Source: Octopus bimaculoides
Lineage: Eukaryota
Direction of reading: 5' to 3'
NCBI RefSeq assembly: GCF_001194135.2
Contig: NC_068994.1
Coordinates: 22,469,641 to 22,533,640, forward strand
Length of the DNA: 64,000 bases
Shown here: positions 38,763-51,115 of the stretch, in pieces
Position numbering within the stretch: position 1 is the first letter of the stretch
Layout of the letters: every line of letters begins with the position of its first letter
Notes under the pieces: model-generated
Told to the model about the DNA's origin: nothing
Database searches by the model: none
What the model saw: only the letters and a program-made list of their open reading frames with translations
Translations under genes and position numbers: made by a program

Positions 38763-39778
38763 TATTTATTTTTTCTTGTTTGTTCCATTTTCCTATAATT
38801 CTAGTTTTGCAGTTCGATTTTATATGTCCTGTAAATCCACAGTGAAAACACTTTGCTTTTTCACACGGACAATCTTTTTTCAGTTGCATCTCACCACATT
38901 CCATACATGGGCTTACATCCTGATATTTTTTGTTTTTCCTGCAACACTTTATTTGTCTTCTGAATTTTTTGCACTGGTCTTATGTGAAAACACTCTTTCC
39001 GTTGAATTTCTTTCATGTCAGTTTCTGGAATGTCAAATCCTAGTTCCTTTCCAGTTTTGCTAGAATTTTCGTTAGGATTTCTGCATCCTTCTTATCTGTC
39101 AATCCTTGTGCAAAAATCAAACACTTGAAAGAATCTGGAGTAAGCATATCTAGCCTAAATCTCTCACAGTCTTCATCTTTGCTTTTTTCTATGTTTAAAC
39201 ATTTCCATCTAGTGTTAAACAGTGAGCTCTTTTCATTAAACATTTTGTACAAAATGTCAACTGTGTTTGTAAAATATATGTCAGATGCTTTTTTTGGCAA
39301 TATGAAGTTACTATACCTCTCATGCTATGCTCTTGCTAGTTTTCTTAAAACTAGACGCATTTTCATTTCATCCATCCAATCCTGACATTCTTTTTCAAAA
39401 AAATTTGTTCAAATCTTCAAAAGTAAGCCTCAAAGGTTACTCCTAATTCAGGGTCATGTTTGAATTCACTTATGGAATTTGCTACATGGTCAAGTGAAAA
39501 TGTATTCCCCAGTTTGGTTATCAACTTCATTAGTTGTAACATTTACTGCTGCAATCCTTGTTGTTGTTCTCATTGTTCCTTGAGTTGTTGTCATTGCTGT
39601 TTTTGCAACTCAACTACTCCAGCTAACAAGTCTTTCATATTTTACGATTTTCATAAGTGCGCACAAGATTTTTGTTTCTTTTTTGTCGAATTATTACTTT
39701 TCCGAGTGAATTAGTTTAAACTCTTTGTATGAATGTTTTTTTTTCACTCTGTGTAAGTTTGTTTTTCCTTGTCACCAC

Positions 39779-40059
39779 TGTTGTAAAGTGGGTTCCTCCC
39801 ACTGGTCTAATGTGTGACTGCCATTGTACTATAGTTGCTGTTTTACGCTAGTAGCCACAATAGCTACTAGTCATTGGATACCGTTGTATCTCTTCATATC
39901 AGAATAGTAATACACTGACTTCTTCTGCCTTACTATCACTGATAGCTCCACAAGACACTGACTCGAACTGTTGACTCTCAACTCTTCGACACTCGACTCT
40001 CTCTCTTGATGACCAGCTGCTGCTCTATTTATAATGACTGTGTCCTACCACTTTTTACA
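39779..40059 (-). repeat. 5' LTR of the Gypsy element, with PBS at 39767-39777
   Basis: TGT...ACA termini; minus-strand TATAAATAGAG; adjacent minus-strand TGGTGACAAGG (CpG-decayed TGGCGACGAG-type PBS). Confidence 0.75.
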
Positions 40060-40084
40060 GTTTCATTAAACAAGTGAGCAAGAA

Positions 40085-40300
40085 ACTTTATTTCACATTG
40101 CTCCAGTCCATTCAGCTGGTAAAAATTAGTTGTATCTATAATTCAAAGGACCAGTCTTGTCAGATTCTGTATTATGCTGAATGTCCCTGAGAACCACATT
40201 AAATATATCATCTGTTTGTAGAGTGCTCAACCACTTGTGTGTTAATTTCATAAATAGGCTATTCTGTTGACTCGGTCAACTAGAACACTTGTAATAATTG
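40085..40300 (+). mobile_element. SINE fragment sharing the 3' domain of family C
   Basis: gctccagtccattcagctgg...gagtgctcaaccacttg...ttaatttc. Confidence 0.65.
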
Positions 40301-40664
40301 ACAGAGTGCCAAAAAGAGAAATAAGCTGTTAGAAGATTAGAATCTTATTATAGGAGAGAAAAGGATGCACATTTCACATAAGGAAAGTTAAGTTATAAAA
40401 CTTTTATGCACAAATACTTATACTTATAATATTTCATAATTTGAAGATTGTCTTTGTTTGATACCTATTATTTGAAGTTGTCTCATTTTGAGCCAAAGAA
40501 ACTATGCTAAATTTATGCATTAACAAGTAGAAAAGTCTGTTTTATGAGGCTACAGCAAAACTAGCTCTAATAATTGGCAAGGAAAATATAATAATAGCAA
40601 ATAATTTTAATAAATGGATGAATGATAAAAGATTAGCATTAAAATCTTAATATGAATAGTTGAA

Positions 40665-40880
40665 AAGGTGGTGAACTGGCAGAATCATTAGCACACTGGG
40701 CAAAATAATTAGTGGTATTTCTTCTTTTCTGTGTTTTGAGTTCAAATTCCACTGAGATTGACTTTGCCTTTCATCGTTTTAGGGTCGATTAAATAAGTAT
40801 TAGTTAAGCACTGGGGTTGAGTTAATCAACTTAGTACCTCCCCATAATTGCTGGTCATTTGCCAAAATTTAAAACCAATA
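40665..40880 (+). mobile_element. SINE family B
   Basis: ggtggtgaactggcagaatcattagc...gagttcaaattccactgagattgactttgcc. Confidence 0.8.
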
Positions 40881-41349
40881 TGTAACATAGAAATCCTAAT
40901 GTATAATAGTTGAATACTTATCAGTTGGAAAGAGAGACAGGCTAATGATAGCACACATCCATCACTGACAGCAGAAAGCATCCTATCTGATTGCAGAATA
41001 AACTATAAGCATAAAGATATTGAAGAAAAAACTTAGAACAAAACAAAAAAGATGAAAAATATTTTGTGAGGGTCAGCTTACTAGTAGCACTGTGTGTGTG
41101 TGTGTGTGTACACACATACACACATACATATGCTCTTTAATTTCATTTGTTTAACTTCTATTTTTCTTGTGCTAGCATGTGTTGTATGGGGATGTATTTG
41201 AGATGGGATTTTATAGCTGGATGCACTTCCTAAGCAGTTTTTGAAGTAAGGGATTTTTTATTCCACAGATTTTCAAAAACACAGCACTCAGTTGCAAAAT
41301 CAAAAAGGAATGGCGACATCATTCATTGTTTTACTTCCATGTAAAAACC

Positions 41350-41593
41350 GCTGATGCTGATGCCATGTAAAAAAACACTAGTGACAGTGCCATGTAAAAA
41401 GCACACAGTACACTCTGTAAAGTGAATGGCCTTAGTAAGGGCATCCAGCTGTAGAAACTCTGCCAAATCAGGTTGGAGTCTAGTGCAGCCATCTGGTTCG
41501 CCAGTCCTCAGTCAAATCGTACAACCCATACCAGCATGGAACAAACTAATATACCTGCTTGTTGTTTATACATCTGTCTTCGTTTTTTTGTTT

Positions 41594-41631
<38 letters not shown>

Positions 41632-41970
41632 AAGGAGGGAAGTAAAAGAGAGACACACTCTCAAAGGATTCTACACTGTTTCCATCAATCAGTTTCACTC
41701 ACAAGATACCACACTTGAAACCATGTGGCTGCAAACCATCTTCTTAGTCTAAGTTGCCCAGCCTTTGCTTGTGTGTATATGTATGTATGTACATATAAAT
41801 GTATGTATGGATATGGATATATGTATGCCTGTGTGTATGTGTGACGGGCTTCTTTCAGCTTCTGTCTACCAAATCCACTCACAAGTCTTTGGTTGACATG
41901 GGTCTATAGTAGAAGACACTTGTCCAAGATGCCATGACATAGTGCAAGCTTCTTAACTACAAACCCTGCC
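41350..41970. mobile_element. RTE tail (41350-41545, +) followed by two reverse SINE family A fragments (41650-41970)
   Basis: aagggcatccagctgtagaaac tail; gggcttctttcag...ccaaatccactcacaag body. Confidence 0.7.
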
Positions 41971-41985
41971 TACATATACATATGT

Positions 41986-42066
<81 letters not shown>

Positions 42067-42771
42067 GTTTTATCCAAGAATAAGGGTCATGTTTCCTTTT
42101 TCAGATAGGCAATAGTAAAGAAACTGTTCAGTGTTAGTGAGAATTAGTCATTCAAAGAGATAACCTGATGTAAGCCAGAGAAAAATTGAATGAAGGAAGC
42201 AGCAGATAAAATGGCAATTGAATATTATACTGAATGAAAATGCTAAATATATGATGCAAGCTGAAACGAATAGAAGAAATGAAGTAAGATGCATGAACAA
42301 AGTCTAAATGTCAGGTCTAGCTGGCTCTGAGAAATATAGAAATGGCTTGAAAAGTGTTCTGCATCCAAAAGAAGTGGGCCAAGAGAAAAGTCATCAGAGA
42401 AAGTATAGCAATGATAATTTGATAATTTATCCTTGGTGACTATGGGAAGAATTTAAGTAAATTTATTGAACCAAAAGAATGAAAATAGCCCATGTTCAGT
42501 GAAATGAACAACTATAAAAATCACTACAGAGATGGTAAGTAAAGAAATTAAAGATCCATGAATGGAACAAAACTTTCAGAGATTCTCTCCCTTTCTTTCT
42601 CTCTCTCCAGCCTTCCTTTCCCTCCTCATTTTCACTGTTTCAATTGCTAACATTTTTTTACCCTGTCTTATATTCAGTTTATAATTACAAATGTACTTTC
42701 AACTATTTTCTTTCAAAGTACATTTGTAAATATATAGATAGAAAGAATACTTGGTTTATGATATTTTTCAG

Positions 42772-42913
42772 AATTCCGTGTGAGAAGGAGAAAAAATAAA
42801 CCTGGGGTTGTCGTCCTTCGGATTCGCAATGGCAATAGGAATAAGGTGCCCCGTCGCCGACAATGTCCCAAGCACCCCACATCTCCTGCGCCACTTACCT
42901 GACCTGAGAGCAG
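42772..42913 (+). CDS. Gene A candidate terminal coding exon (E)FRVRRRKNKPGVVVLRIRNGNRNKVPRRRQCPKHPTSPAPLT*, stop at 42900-42902
   Basis: gatatttttcag| acceptor. Only phase 1 stays open on the plus strand. Strong donor CAG|GTAAGA lies 11 nt after the stop. GC/CpG-rich relative to the flanks. Confidence 0.5.
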
Positions 42914-42949
42914 GTAAGAATAGAGAGAGAAAGAGGCACACACACACAC

Positions 42950-42981
<32 letters not shown>

Positions 42982-43465
42982 GGGGCAACAGAGAAAAAGT
43001 GAAAAAACAGACTGTCTCTGTGGTAAAACACTTAACTAACTGGAAATTAGGCAGTGGTTTAAGTGATTTGCAGTGTTGAAACTGAATTTCTTCAGACTAA
43101 ATTAAAACCTGAAGGATAAAAATCACCTTTTCTGTAACATTCAGTGAAATCCTTTATGGCAACATCCTGTTTAACAGGTCAGTCATCAAACATGGTAGTC
43201 ACTGGCAGTCAGAAGAATTGAACATTTTTTATTTACATGTTCATTCATATTGCACAAAACAAAAAAGGAGGGACATTATAGATAAATCTATGGAAAACAG
43301 TCAAAGAGAATTATAATGAGAACTGGAAAAGAAAAACAAAATCAATCAATGCTACAATCTAATTGGGTTATTTTCCTAAAGTGAGAAATCAGTGGAGATT
43401 GTGAAAAAGATCTTTGATAAAAGAAGCAAATGAATAACTAATAAACAAATATATATATATATATA

Positions 43466-43903
43466 NNNNNNNNNNNNNNNNNNNNNNNNNNNNNNNNNNN
43501 NNNNNNNNNNNNNNNNNNNNNNNNNNNNNNNNNNNNNNNNNNNNNNNNNNNNNNNNNNNNNNNNNNNNNNNNNNNNNNNNNNNNNNNNNNNNNNNNNNNN
43601 NNNNNNNNNNNNNNNNNNNNNNNNNNNNNNNNNNNNNNNNNNNNNNNNNNNNNNNNNNNNNNNNNNNNNNNNNNNNNNNNNNNNNNNNNNNNNNNNNNNN
43701 NNNNNNNNNNNNNNNNNNNNNNNNNNNNNNNNNNNNNNNNNNNNNNNNNNNNNNNNNNNNNNNNNNNNNNNNNNNNNNNNNNNNNNNNNNNNNNNNNNNN
43801 NNNNNNNNNNNNNNNNNNNNNNNNNNNNNNNNNNNNNNNNNNNNNNNNNNNNNNNNNNNNNNNNNNNNNNNNNNNNNNNNNNNNNNNNNNNNNNNNNNNN
43901 NNN
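43466..43903. other. Assembly gap (N)
   Basis: Run of N. Confidence 1.
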
Positions 43904-44030
43904 ATATATATATATATATATACATACACTTGGTGTATGCAATTGAAACAGCATTAAATCATAAATGCTATTTGTGTATCATACATAATGCATATACACT
44001 ATTGACGGGCATGGAATATCAACATATTTG

Positions 44031-44380
44031 CAAGTGTGACTGTGTGGTAAGAAGTTTGCTTCCCAACCACATGATTCCAGATTCAGTGCCATTGCATGGA
44101 ACTTTGAGCAAGTGTCTATAGCCTCAGGCCGACTAAGACCTTGTGAGTGGACTTAGTAGATGGAAACTGAAAGAAACCCATTGTATGTATGCATGTGTGT
44201 GTGTCTTTGTGTCTGTGTTTGTCCCCTTCTAACCACTAGACAACCAGTGTTAGTGTTTATGTCACCATAACTTACCAGTTCGGGGGTCAATTCATTTGAC
44301 TGAAACAATTCTAGATGGTGCCCCAGCATGGCCACAGTCTTATGTCTGAAACAACTAAAAGATAAAAGATAAAAGATTCA
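44031..44380 (+). mobile_element. SINE family A
   Basis: gactgtgtggtaagaagtttgcttcccaaccacatg...gattcagtgcc...gtgccccagcatggccacagtc. Confidence 0.85.
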
Positions 44381-44410
44381 CAAACAATCACATGCATACA
44401 CACACAAGCA

Positions 44411-44495
<85 letters not shown>

Positions 44496-44508
44496 GCACA
44501 TGCACACA

Positions 44509-45260
44509 TTGTGTTGAGTGAAAAGTTTTGTACCTTCAAGGTGACAAACTCCTCTGAAAATTCCACTTCCTCTTTGTTGATGAAGTGACACATGCACAGG
44601 AAGTGAGCCATGGACCAGAACAAGTAAGAACCTGAGGGAGATATTTTTCTGCAATTCTAATATGAATAAGCACTGGTTAAGCAGAACCTGTTGCCAAACA
44701 TGGGCATTTAAAACACAAGGTGATGCTCTGCATTTGGTGGAATTATGAGGGGATGATTTACTACATGTTCATTCGATAGTCAAACGATCAAATCCAACCA
44801 GTGCTCCAAACAGTTGGAGTGGATGTAAGCCATTGCACAGCAAAAATGCCTGGCATTGGTTAACAAAGTGTGCTCTTCTGCAGCAAGACAACACAAGACT
44901 TACTACCACTCAAACGATTTGGAATAAATTCCAGGAACTTGAGGCAATCAAACTGATGCCATACTCAACATATAGTCTAGCCCTAGCTCCCACAGATTAT
45001 TAATTGTTCTTATCTATGGCTCATCTTCTACACTTGTGACAGCTCATCAACCAAGAGGAGGCAGAAGCTGAAGTGAAGGAGTTCTGTGCCTCGAACAACA
45101 AGAATTGGTATTAGTGTGGAATCAAAGCACTGACAGAAAGGTGGCTTCAGATGGTGCAACACGATGGCCTCTACTTTGAATGATAGGTCACTTTGGTGGT
45201 AACTTAATGAATAAAGCAACTAAGTGACCAAAATATTGCAAAAGTTTTGACTCAATGCAA
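44509..45260 (+). mobile_element. Internally deleted mariner
   Basis: TIRs ttgtgttgagtgaaaagtt / aagttttgactcaatgcaa; KVMLCIWWNYEG, QQDN and LAPTDY remnants. Confidence 0.8.
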
Positions 45261-45417
45261 TACATGCATATACACACACACACACACACATACACACAAA
45301 CAAACACACATGCATACATATATATATATATATATATATGCACAAAAACATATACATACATGCATACATACATATATACATATGTATATATATATATATA
45401 CACAAACACACACACAT

Positions 45418-45510
<93 letters not shown>

Positions 45511-45529
45511 GATAGATAAATAGATAGAT

Positions 45530-47345
45530 ATGATGCAGTTTAGTTTTGTGTCAGGTAGAAGCACCACTGATGCTTTATCTCTGGTAAAGCATCTGCAGCA
45601 GAAATACCTAGCCAAACATAAACCTCTGTACTTGGCTTTTGTTGACTTGGAGAAAGCTTTTGACAGGATCCCCTGATCCCTTATCTGGTGGTCAATGCAG
45701 AAACTAGGGATAGACAAGTGATTGGTGAGAGCCGTTTAAGCCTTGTACAGGGACACTACCAATATGGTGAGAGTGAGCAACAAGTACAGCAAAGAATTCA
45801 GGGTACAAGGAGGGGTTCACCAAGGATCAGTGCTCAGCTCCCCTCTTGTCCATCATAGTTCTCCAGGCAATAACAGAGGAATTCAAGGCAGGCTACCCCT
45901 GGGAGCTCCTCTATGCTGATGACTTTGCTCTTATAGCTGAATCACTACCTGAACTAGAAAAGTTCCAGGTATGGAAGCAAGGTCTAGAAGCAAAGAGCCT
46001 TAGATGTAACCTAGCAAAATCCAAAGTCTTAGTAAGTAGGAAGGTAGACAAATCAGAAATCTTTTCAGGTAGATGGCCCTGCTTAAACTGTAGAAAGGGT
46101 GTAGGTAATAACTCCGTAAGATGCACCCAGTGTAAGCTTTGGACACATAAAAGTTGCAGCAACATCAGAAGAAGGTTAACAGGGAAACTAACTTTTGTAT
46201 GTGGAAGGTGCACACATACAATAAAAGCTGAAAATGTGCAGAAAAGAGACTCCATCGATTGTCAGCGGGGCAAGCTAGTGGTAGTGGATAGCTTCTGTTA
46301 TCTAGGTGACCAAGTTAGTAGTGGAGGGGGATGCTCCAAGAGAATAGGTGTAAGAATAAGATTAGGCTGGGCAAAGTTCAAAGAGCTCCTACCCCTACTG
46401 GCAACAAAGGGTCTCTCTCACAGAGTGAAAGGCAGATTGTTTGATGCCTATGTGTGAATAGCTATGCTGCATGGTAGTGAAACATGGGCTATGACAGCTG
46501 AGGACATGCATAGGCTTGAAAGAAATGAAGCCAGTATGCTTCGCTGGATGTGCAATGTCAGTGTGCATGTTCGACAGAGTGTAAGCATCTTGAGAGATAA
46601 GTTAGGCATAAGAGGAATCAGTTGTGGTATGCAAGAGAGATAATTGTGCTGGTATGGTCATGTGAAGCATATGGAAGAGGACAGCTGTGTAAAGAAGTGT
46701 CAATCTCTAACTGTGGAGAGAACCTGTGGTAGAGGTAGACCCAGGAAGACATGGGACAAGGTGGTGAAGCATGATCTTCAAAATTTGAACCTCACAGAGG
46801 CAATGACTGGTGACCCAGACCTTTGGCAATGTACTGTGCTTGAGAGGACCCATCAAGCCAAGTACACCTGTGCTGGTGGCATGTGAAGAACATCTTTTGA
46901 AACTCAGCCACCTTGCCTCATGGAGGCAAGGTGGCTGAGTTTCTTTCAAGCATTGGGCCTCACAGAGGCAAAGTGGCTGAGTTCCTTTCATGTGTTGGGC
47001 TTCACAGAGGCAATGATGAAGACCTTTGGCATTATGTCATGCTTGGGAAGAAGACCCATCAAGCTGAGCAAAATCAGTCGTGGCAGATACAGGCATCACA
47101 CAAATTGGCATCCATGCTGATGGCATGTAAACACACCCCAGTGTCATGCAAATGGTACCCATGCCAGTGGCATGTAAAAGCACCCATTACACTTTCAGAG
47201 TGGTTGGCATTAGGAAGGGCATCCAGCTGTAGGAAACCATGCCAAATTAGACTGGAGTCTGGTGCAGTCTTCCAGCGTGCCAGCCCTGTCAAACTGTCCA
47301 GCCTGCATGGACAACAGACATTAAATGTTGATGGTCATGATGATA
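45530..47345 (+). mobile_element. 5'-truncated RTE LINE with PHD-type finger inside RT
   Basis: FVDLEKAFDR, PWELLYADDF, C4HC3 finger at 46080-46211, VVDSFCYLGD, GRGRPRKTW, tail ending gatgat. Confidence 0.92.
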
Positions 47346-47346
47346 G

Positions 47347-49309
47347 TTCACAGATGAGATCCAGATATTCTCTGTGAAGAAGACATGTAGTAGTACTCTC
47401 CACAAGGTAAAGAAAGGCTATAAGAGGAATTAGGTTGAGCAGGTATAGTAGCAATAATGGGTATAAGCAAATTAGATCAAATATATTAGATATATTAAGT
47501 ACATCAAATGCAAAATATGTATATAATAATATCAGACACAAGGCAACTTCCCACAATTCTACCCATGTGACTACATATACTAGCAGCAATACCCCATTCC
47601 CAATCCAATACAGATACAGATTGTACTTCAGGTTGTCCTTCAATAATAACGGACTGCTGCAGTTTGACCTCCCCAGCGGTAAATTCCAACCACAGAGCAG
47701 CTAGGAAAACTTGCAATTGTTGGGTTTCTCTACTATGCCCTCTTGGCAGTTTCTGTCTGAGTAAAAATGTAGTCTACAAGTGCCGTGTTATAACAGCATG
47801 CTCCTACCAAGCAAAGGTCTATATCAACGGCATTGTTGATTTCAAACATTGCTACCATGCACACATGAACTCTTTCTCCAATCCAAATTCTAAATTATCT
47901 ACCTCCCTAGCAATTTATATACACAACTTTAAATCTCAAAATATTCCCTTTACCCTATCCTGGTCCATTGTAGGTGAGGTTCCCTAAGATAATGCAAACA
48001 TCGGTATGTGTAAATTATGTTTAAGAGAATCGCTAACCATCCTTTGCCACCAAAACCCCTCATTACTTAATAGATTCTCAGATGTAATACTATCTTGTAA
48101 ACACAGGTTCTACTCATCCTTTACGCATTTTATTAAATCTATGTAATCCCTTAACTATAAGTATCATAACTCAAAATTAACTTTGAGGCATGACAAGGTC
48201 AGCTTAGCAACTTACTACCTCAACTAATACTACCCTCCTTATTAAACTATCCTTTCTCATTGTTACCTTTGCAAATTCCACTAAACCACTACATCCTACC
48301 TCCTTCATAGCCTCCCCACCCTCACAAGTGGTCTCCTCTCATTTCTCCTCCTCAACCAAAAGCACTTAATACTACCCTACTCATTTGGATACTAACCTGT
48401 CAGCCCCTCTCCTGCTATCTATTCACTTCTCTCTATTCAATTTCATACACTTCTCCTTACCACTGTACTCCACCTCCAATACCAACCCACATTCATTATC
48501 TTACTAATCACTGCTATCTTGACCACCAATTCAACCCCCAATCTGTCCACCCACCACTATCCTCTCTCATACCCTTCTACATAACTTAGTATTCTCCCTC
48601 TGTCACTGAACTAGACACCTTACTTCCCTCAAATAATTGCAATTCCTTTTCTCACCATCTCAACCAATAATTCTATAGCTTTCATCCCTACACCTCAACA
48701 AACTCGACACAATGGACTAACATTCACATACTATCTACCCCACCCTCCTATTCACCTTCCTTCTCCCCACCTCTACTACTACTCCCTTACTATCCCCATT
48801 ATTAACCCCTCCCTCTTCTTGAACTATCATTTCTCCTTTCACCATTCCCTATCTTAATACCACCCGACCACCCCAGTTCCCCCTCTGACACACTTCACTC
48901 TCCACATTTAATCATTCCAGCTTTGAACTTCTCTGCATTAAAATCTGAAATGCAAGATCTTCTCTATCCTGATGACAGAGACTCATCTCATCCTATGTTA
49001 AAGGCATCCATACGGCCACATATTTTGATGAACTAAATCTACCAACATTATTATGGATCATCAAGCCCCCAGAAACAGTTGTTAGACTGATAGTAACCTT
49101 TCTTCCACCCCTTTAAATTTGTCTGTCGTTTGTATTATGTGTAAGTTATATAAATATATATATATATATTTATACGTATAAATTCATTATTCACCATCTG
49201 AAAGTTTCCACCTTTTACTTTCTCTCATTTTGCATGTATACAAATATACATATTTTGTATTTGAAGTACTTAATATATTTAATATTTGATGTCTAATTTG
49301 CTTATCTCC

Positions 49310-49310
<1 letters not shown>
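47347..49310 (+). mobile_element. Penelope-like element 3' part: GIY-YIG endonuclease remnant plus pseudo-LTR, with an inverted pLTR fragment at the 5' end
   Basis: CNC..LCPLGSFCLSKNVVYKC...FKHCYHAHMNSF...STSLAIYI...WSIV..CKLCLRESLTI..LLNR...CKHR (47664-48115). 47456-47525 is an inverted copy of 49240-49310. Confidence 0.85.
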
Positions 49311-49345
<35 letters not shown>

Positions 49346-49506
49346 CCATATCTTCTCAAAATGCATCACTTTAATTTGGTATCTCTACCTGTAAAACGGC
49401 TGTGATATCTTGTTTTTTAGTGTAATTTTGCTACCTCTGGTAACTATTAACGTATTTAAATTATCAAAGGTTTTAATAACTGAGATAATATTAATATATA
49501 TATAAA

Positions 49507-49572
<66 letters not shown>

Positions 49573-49573
<1 letters not shown>

Positions 49574-49935
49574 GTGCAGGTGTGGCTGTGTAGTTAAGAA
49601 GCTAACTTCTGCCCCAGGCCAATCAAGCCTTGTGAGCATATTTAGTAGACAGAAATTGAAAGCAGCCCATCATATATATCTATGCATATTTGTGAGTGTT
49701 AATGCATATATATATGTGTGTGTCTCCTTGTTTTGACATCACATGACAGTTATAAATGAGTATCACTGTCATACAAGCATTGTCAGTTGTTTCCAATATT
49801 TGTGAAAGTGTGTCTGACTATGAGGAAATGCATCCTGCTTGGAAACAGGTCGGAGATAGCAATAGGAAAGACATGGAACCATAGAAAATCTGCCTCAATA
49901 AACTCTTTCTTACCCATGCCAGCATGGAAAAGTGG
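49573..49935 (+). mobile_element. SINE family A-related copy
   Basis: ggtgcaggtgtggctgtgtagttaagaagc head; gccttgtgag...gcccatc body. Confidence 0.7.
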
Positions 49936-49962
49936 ACATGAAAACAATGATAATGACACTGA

Positions 49963-50018
<56 letters not shown>

Positions 50019-50749
50019 GCATATACATACACATAAACATACACGCATATGCATACATATATATGTATGTAAGTATGTATGAATGCATGTATGTATGCAT
50101 GTATGTACATATTTATGTATTTATGTATTTTACATGTATATTAAAATATACTGGAATTGAAAACTAGTTGTTACCATTACATTAATGGGGTGGACAAAAT
50201 TTCATGTTATCAAAGACCTTTTAACAGAGCAAATTCTGATAAGAAATATTTCAGTTGTTATTGTGTCATAAACAATGTGAAAATATTATCACCAACATGT
50301 GGACAATGATTGGCAAATTCTAGCACAGTGAAACTTTAGGTAAATGTTTTGATATTTTATTCATAATAAATATGTTTGACCAGCAACTTAAATATCACTG
50401 GAATTCCTAATATGATCTATAAAATAACTTGACACCCCCAATCCTGATACCAGCGAAGCTAGCCAGATTTTATGTCTTACAGAAAAGACTTTACTTATGG
50501 TATGCAAAACAATGTCCAAATATCATACAGTTGTGGTATCTAGTGAGACAAGTCTGTAATGTAGGTTTGGTTTGATTCTTGTCTTTGTCATTTAAATTTT
50601 ATTTGCCGACCATAGTGACAATTTCCAAACAGTGAATAAATGACCTGGAGGGAGATAAGTTCTGTGCAGTTAAATTACTTTAGACAAATTACAAAATACC
50701 CCATTAGTGATTACAAGTGTAAGAAAATACAAAATTTCTATACATGCAG

Positions 50750-51115
50750 ACATGGTTATGTGATAAGAAGTTTGCTTTCCAGCCACATGGTTCCAGGTTC
50801 AGTCTCATAGCAAGTGTCTTCTATTATAGTCCAAGACCAGCCAAAGCCTTGTGAGTGGATATTGTCGATGGAAGCAGAAAGAAGCCCATCATATGTGTAT
50901 ATATATCTTTGTGTGTGTGACTTTGCGTTTGTGTTTGTTCCCAACCACCACTTCACAACCGGTGTTGATGTATATCCCCATGACTTAGTGGTTCAGCAAA
51001 AGAGACCAAATGAATAAGTAGCAGGCTTAAAAATAATAAGTACTGGGATTGATTTATTTGGCATAAAGTCTTCAACCTGTTTCAGTCAAGTGACTGAAAC
51101 AGGTAAAAGTAAAAA
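50750..51115 (+). mobile_element. SINE family A
   Basis: ccacatggttccaggttcagtc (box B) ... ggttcagcaaaagagacc ... gactgaaacagg. Confidence 0.85.

Larger units (their letters stand above)
33600..40059 (-). mobile_element. Ty3/Gypsy LTR retrotransposon (Mag / K02A2.6-like), degenerate, 3' LTR missing, split by two DNA transposons
   Basis: Minus-strand order: gag (39040-39300, zinc knuckle CFHCGFTGHIKSNC), protease QLDMGKDITII, RT (35694-36038 RVCADFS..LN, YPLPSPEDIF), RNase H (ATDTSKYGIGA), integrase (33732-34175). Confidence 0.93.

Noticed and set aside
49050-49090. Possible hammerhead ribozyme in the Penelope pLTR (gcccccagaaacagttgtt; gaaacagctgtt on the minus strand near 18750)
   Set aside because: A GAAAC-AGCT-GT-like stem III is present, but both copies lack an intact CUGAUGA and the 3' arm of stem II. 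An Infernal search of the family consensus would be needed.
50559-50595. atgtaggtttggtttgattcttgtctttgtcatt resembling the gene A signal exon
   Set aside because: Frameshifted, followed by a stop, no donor; low-complexity similarity could be chance
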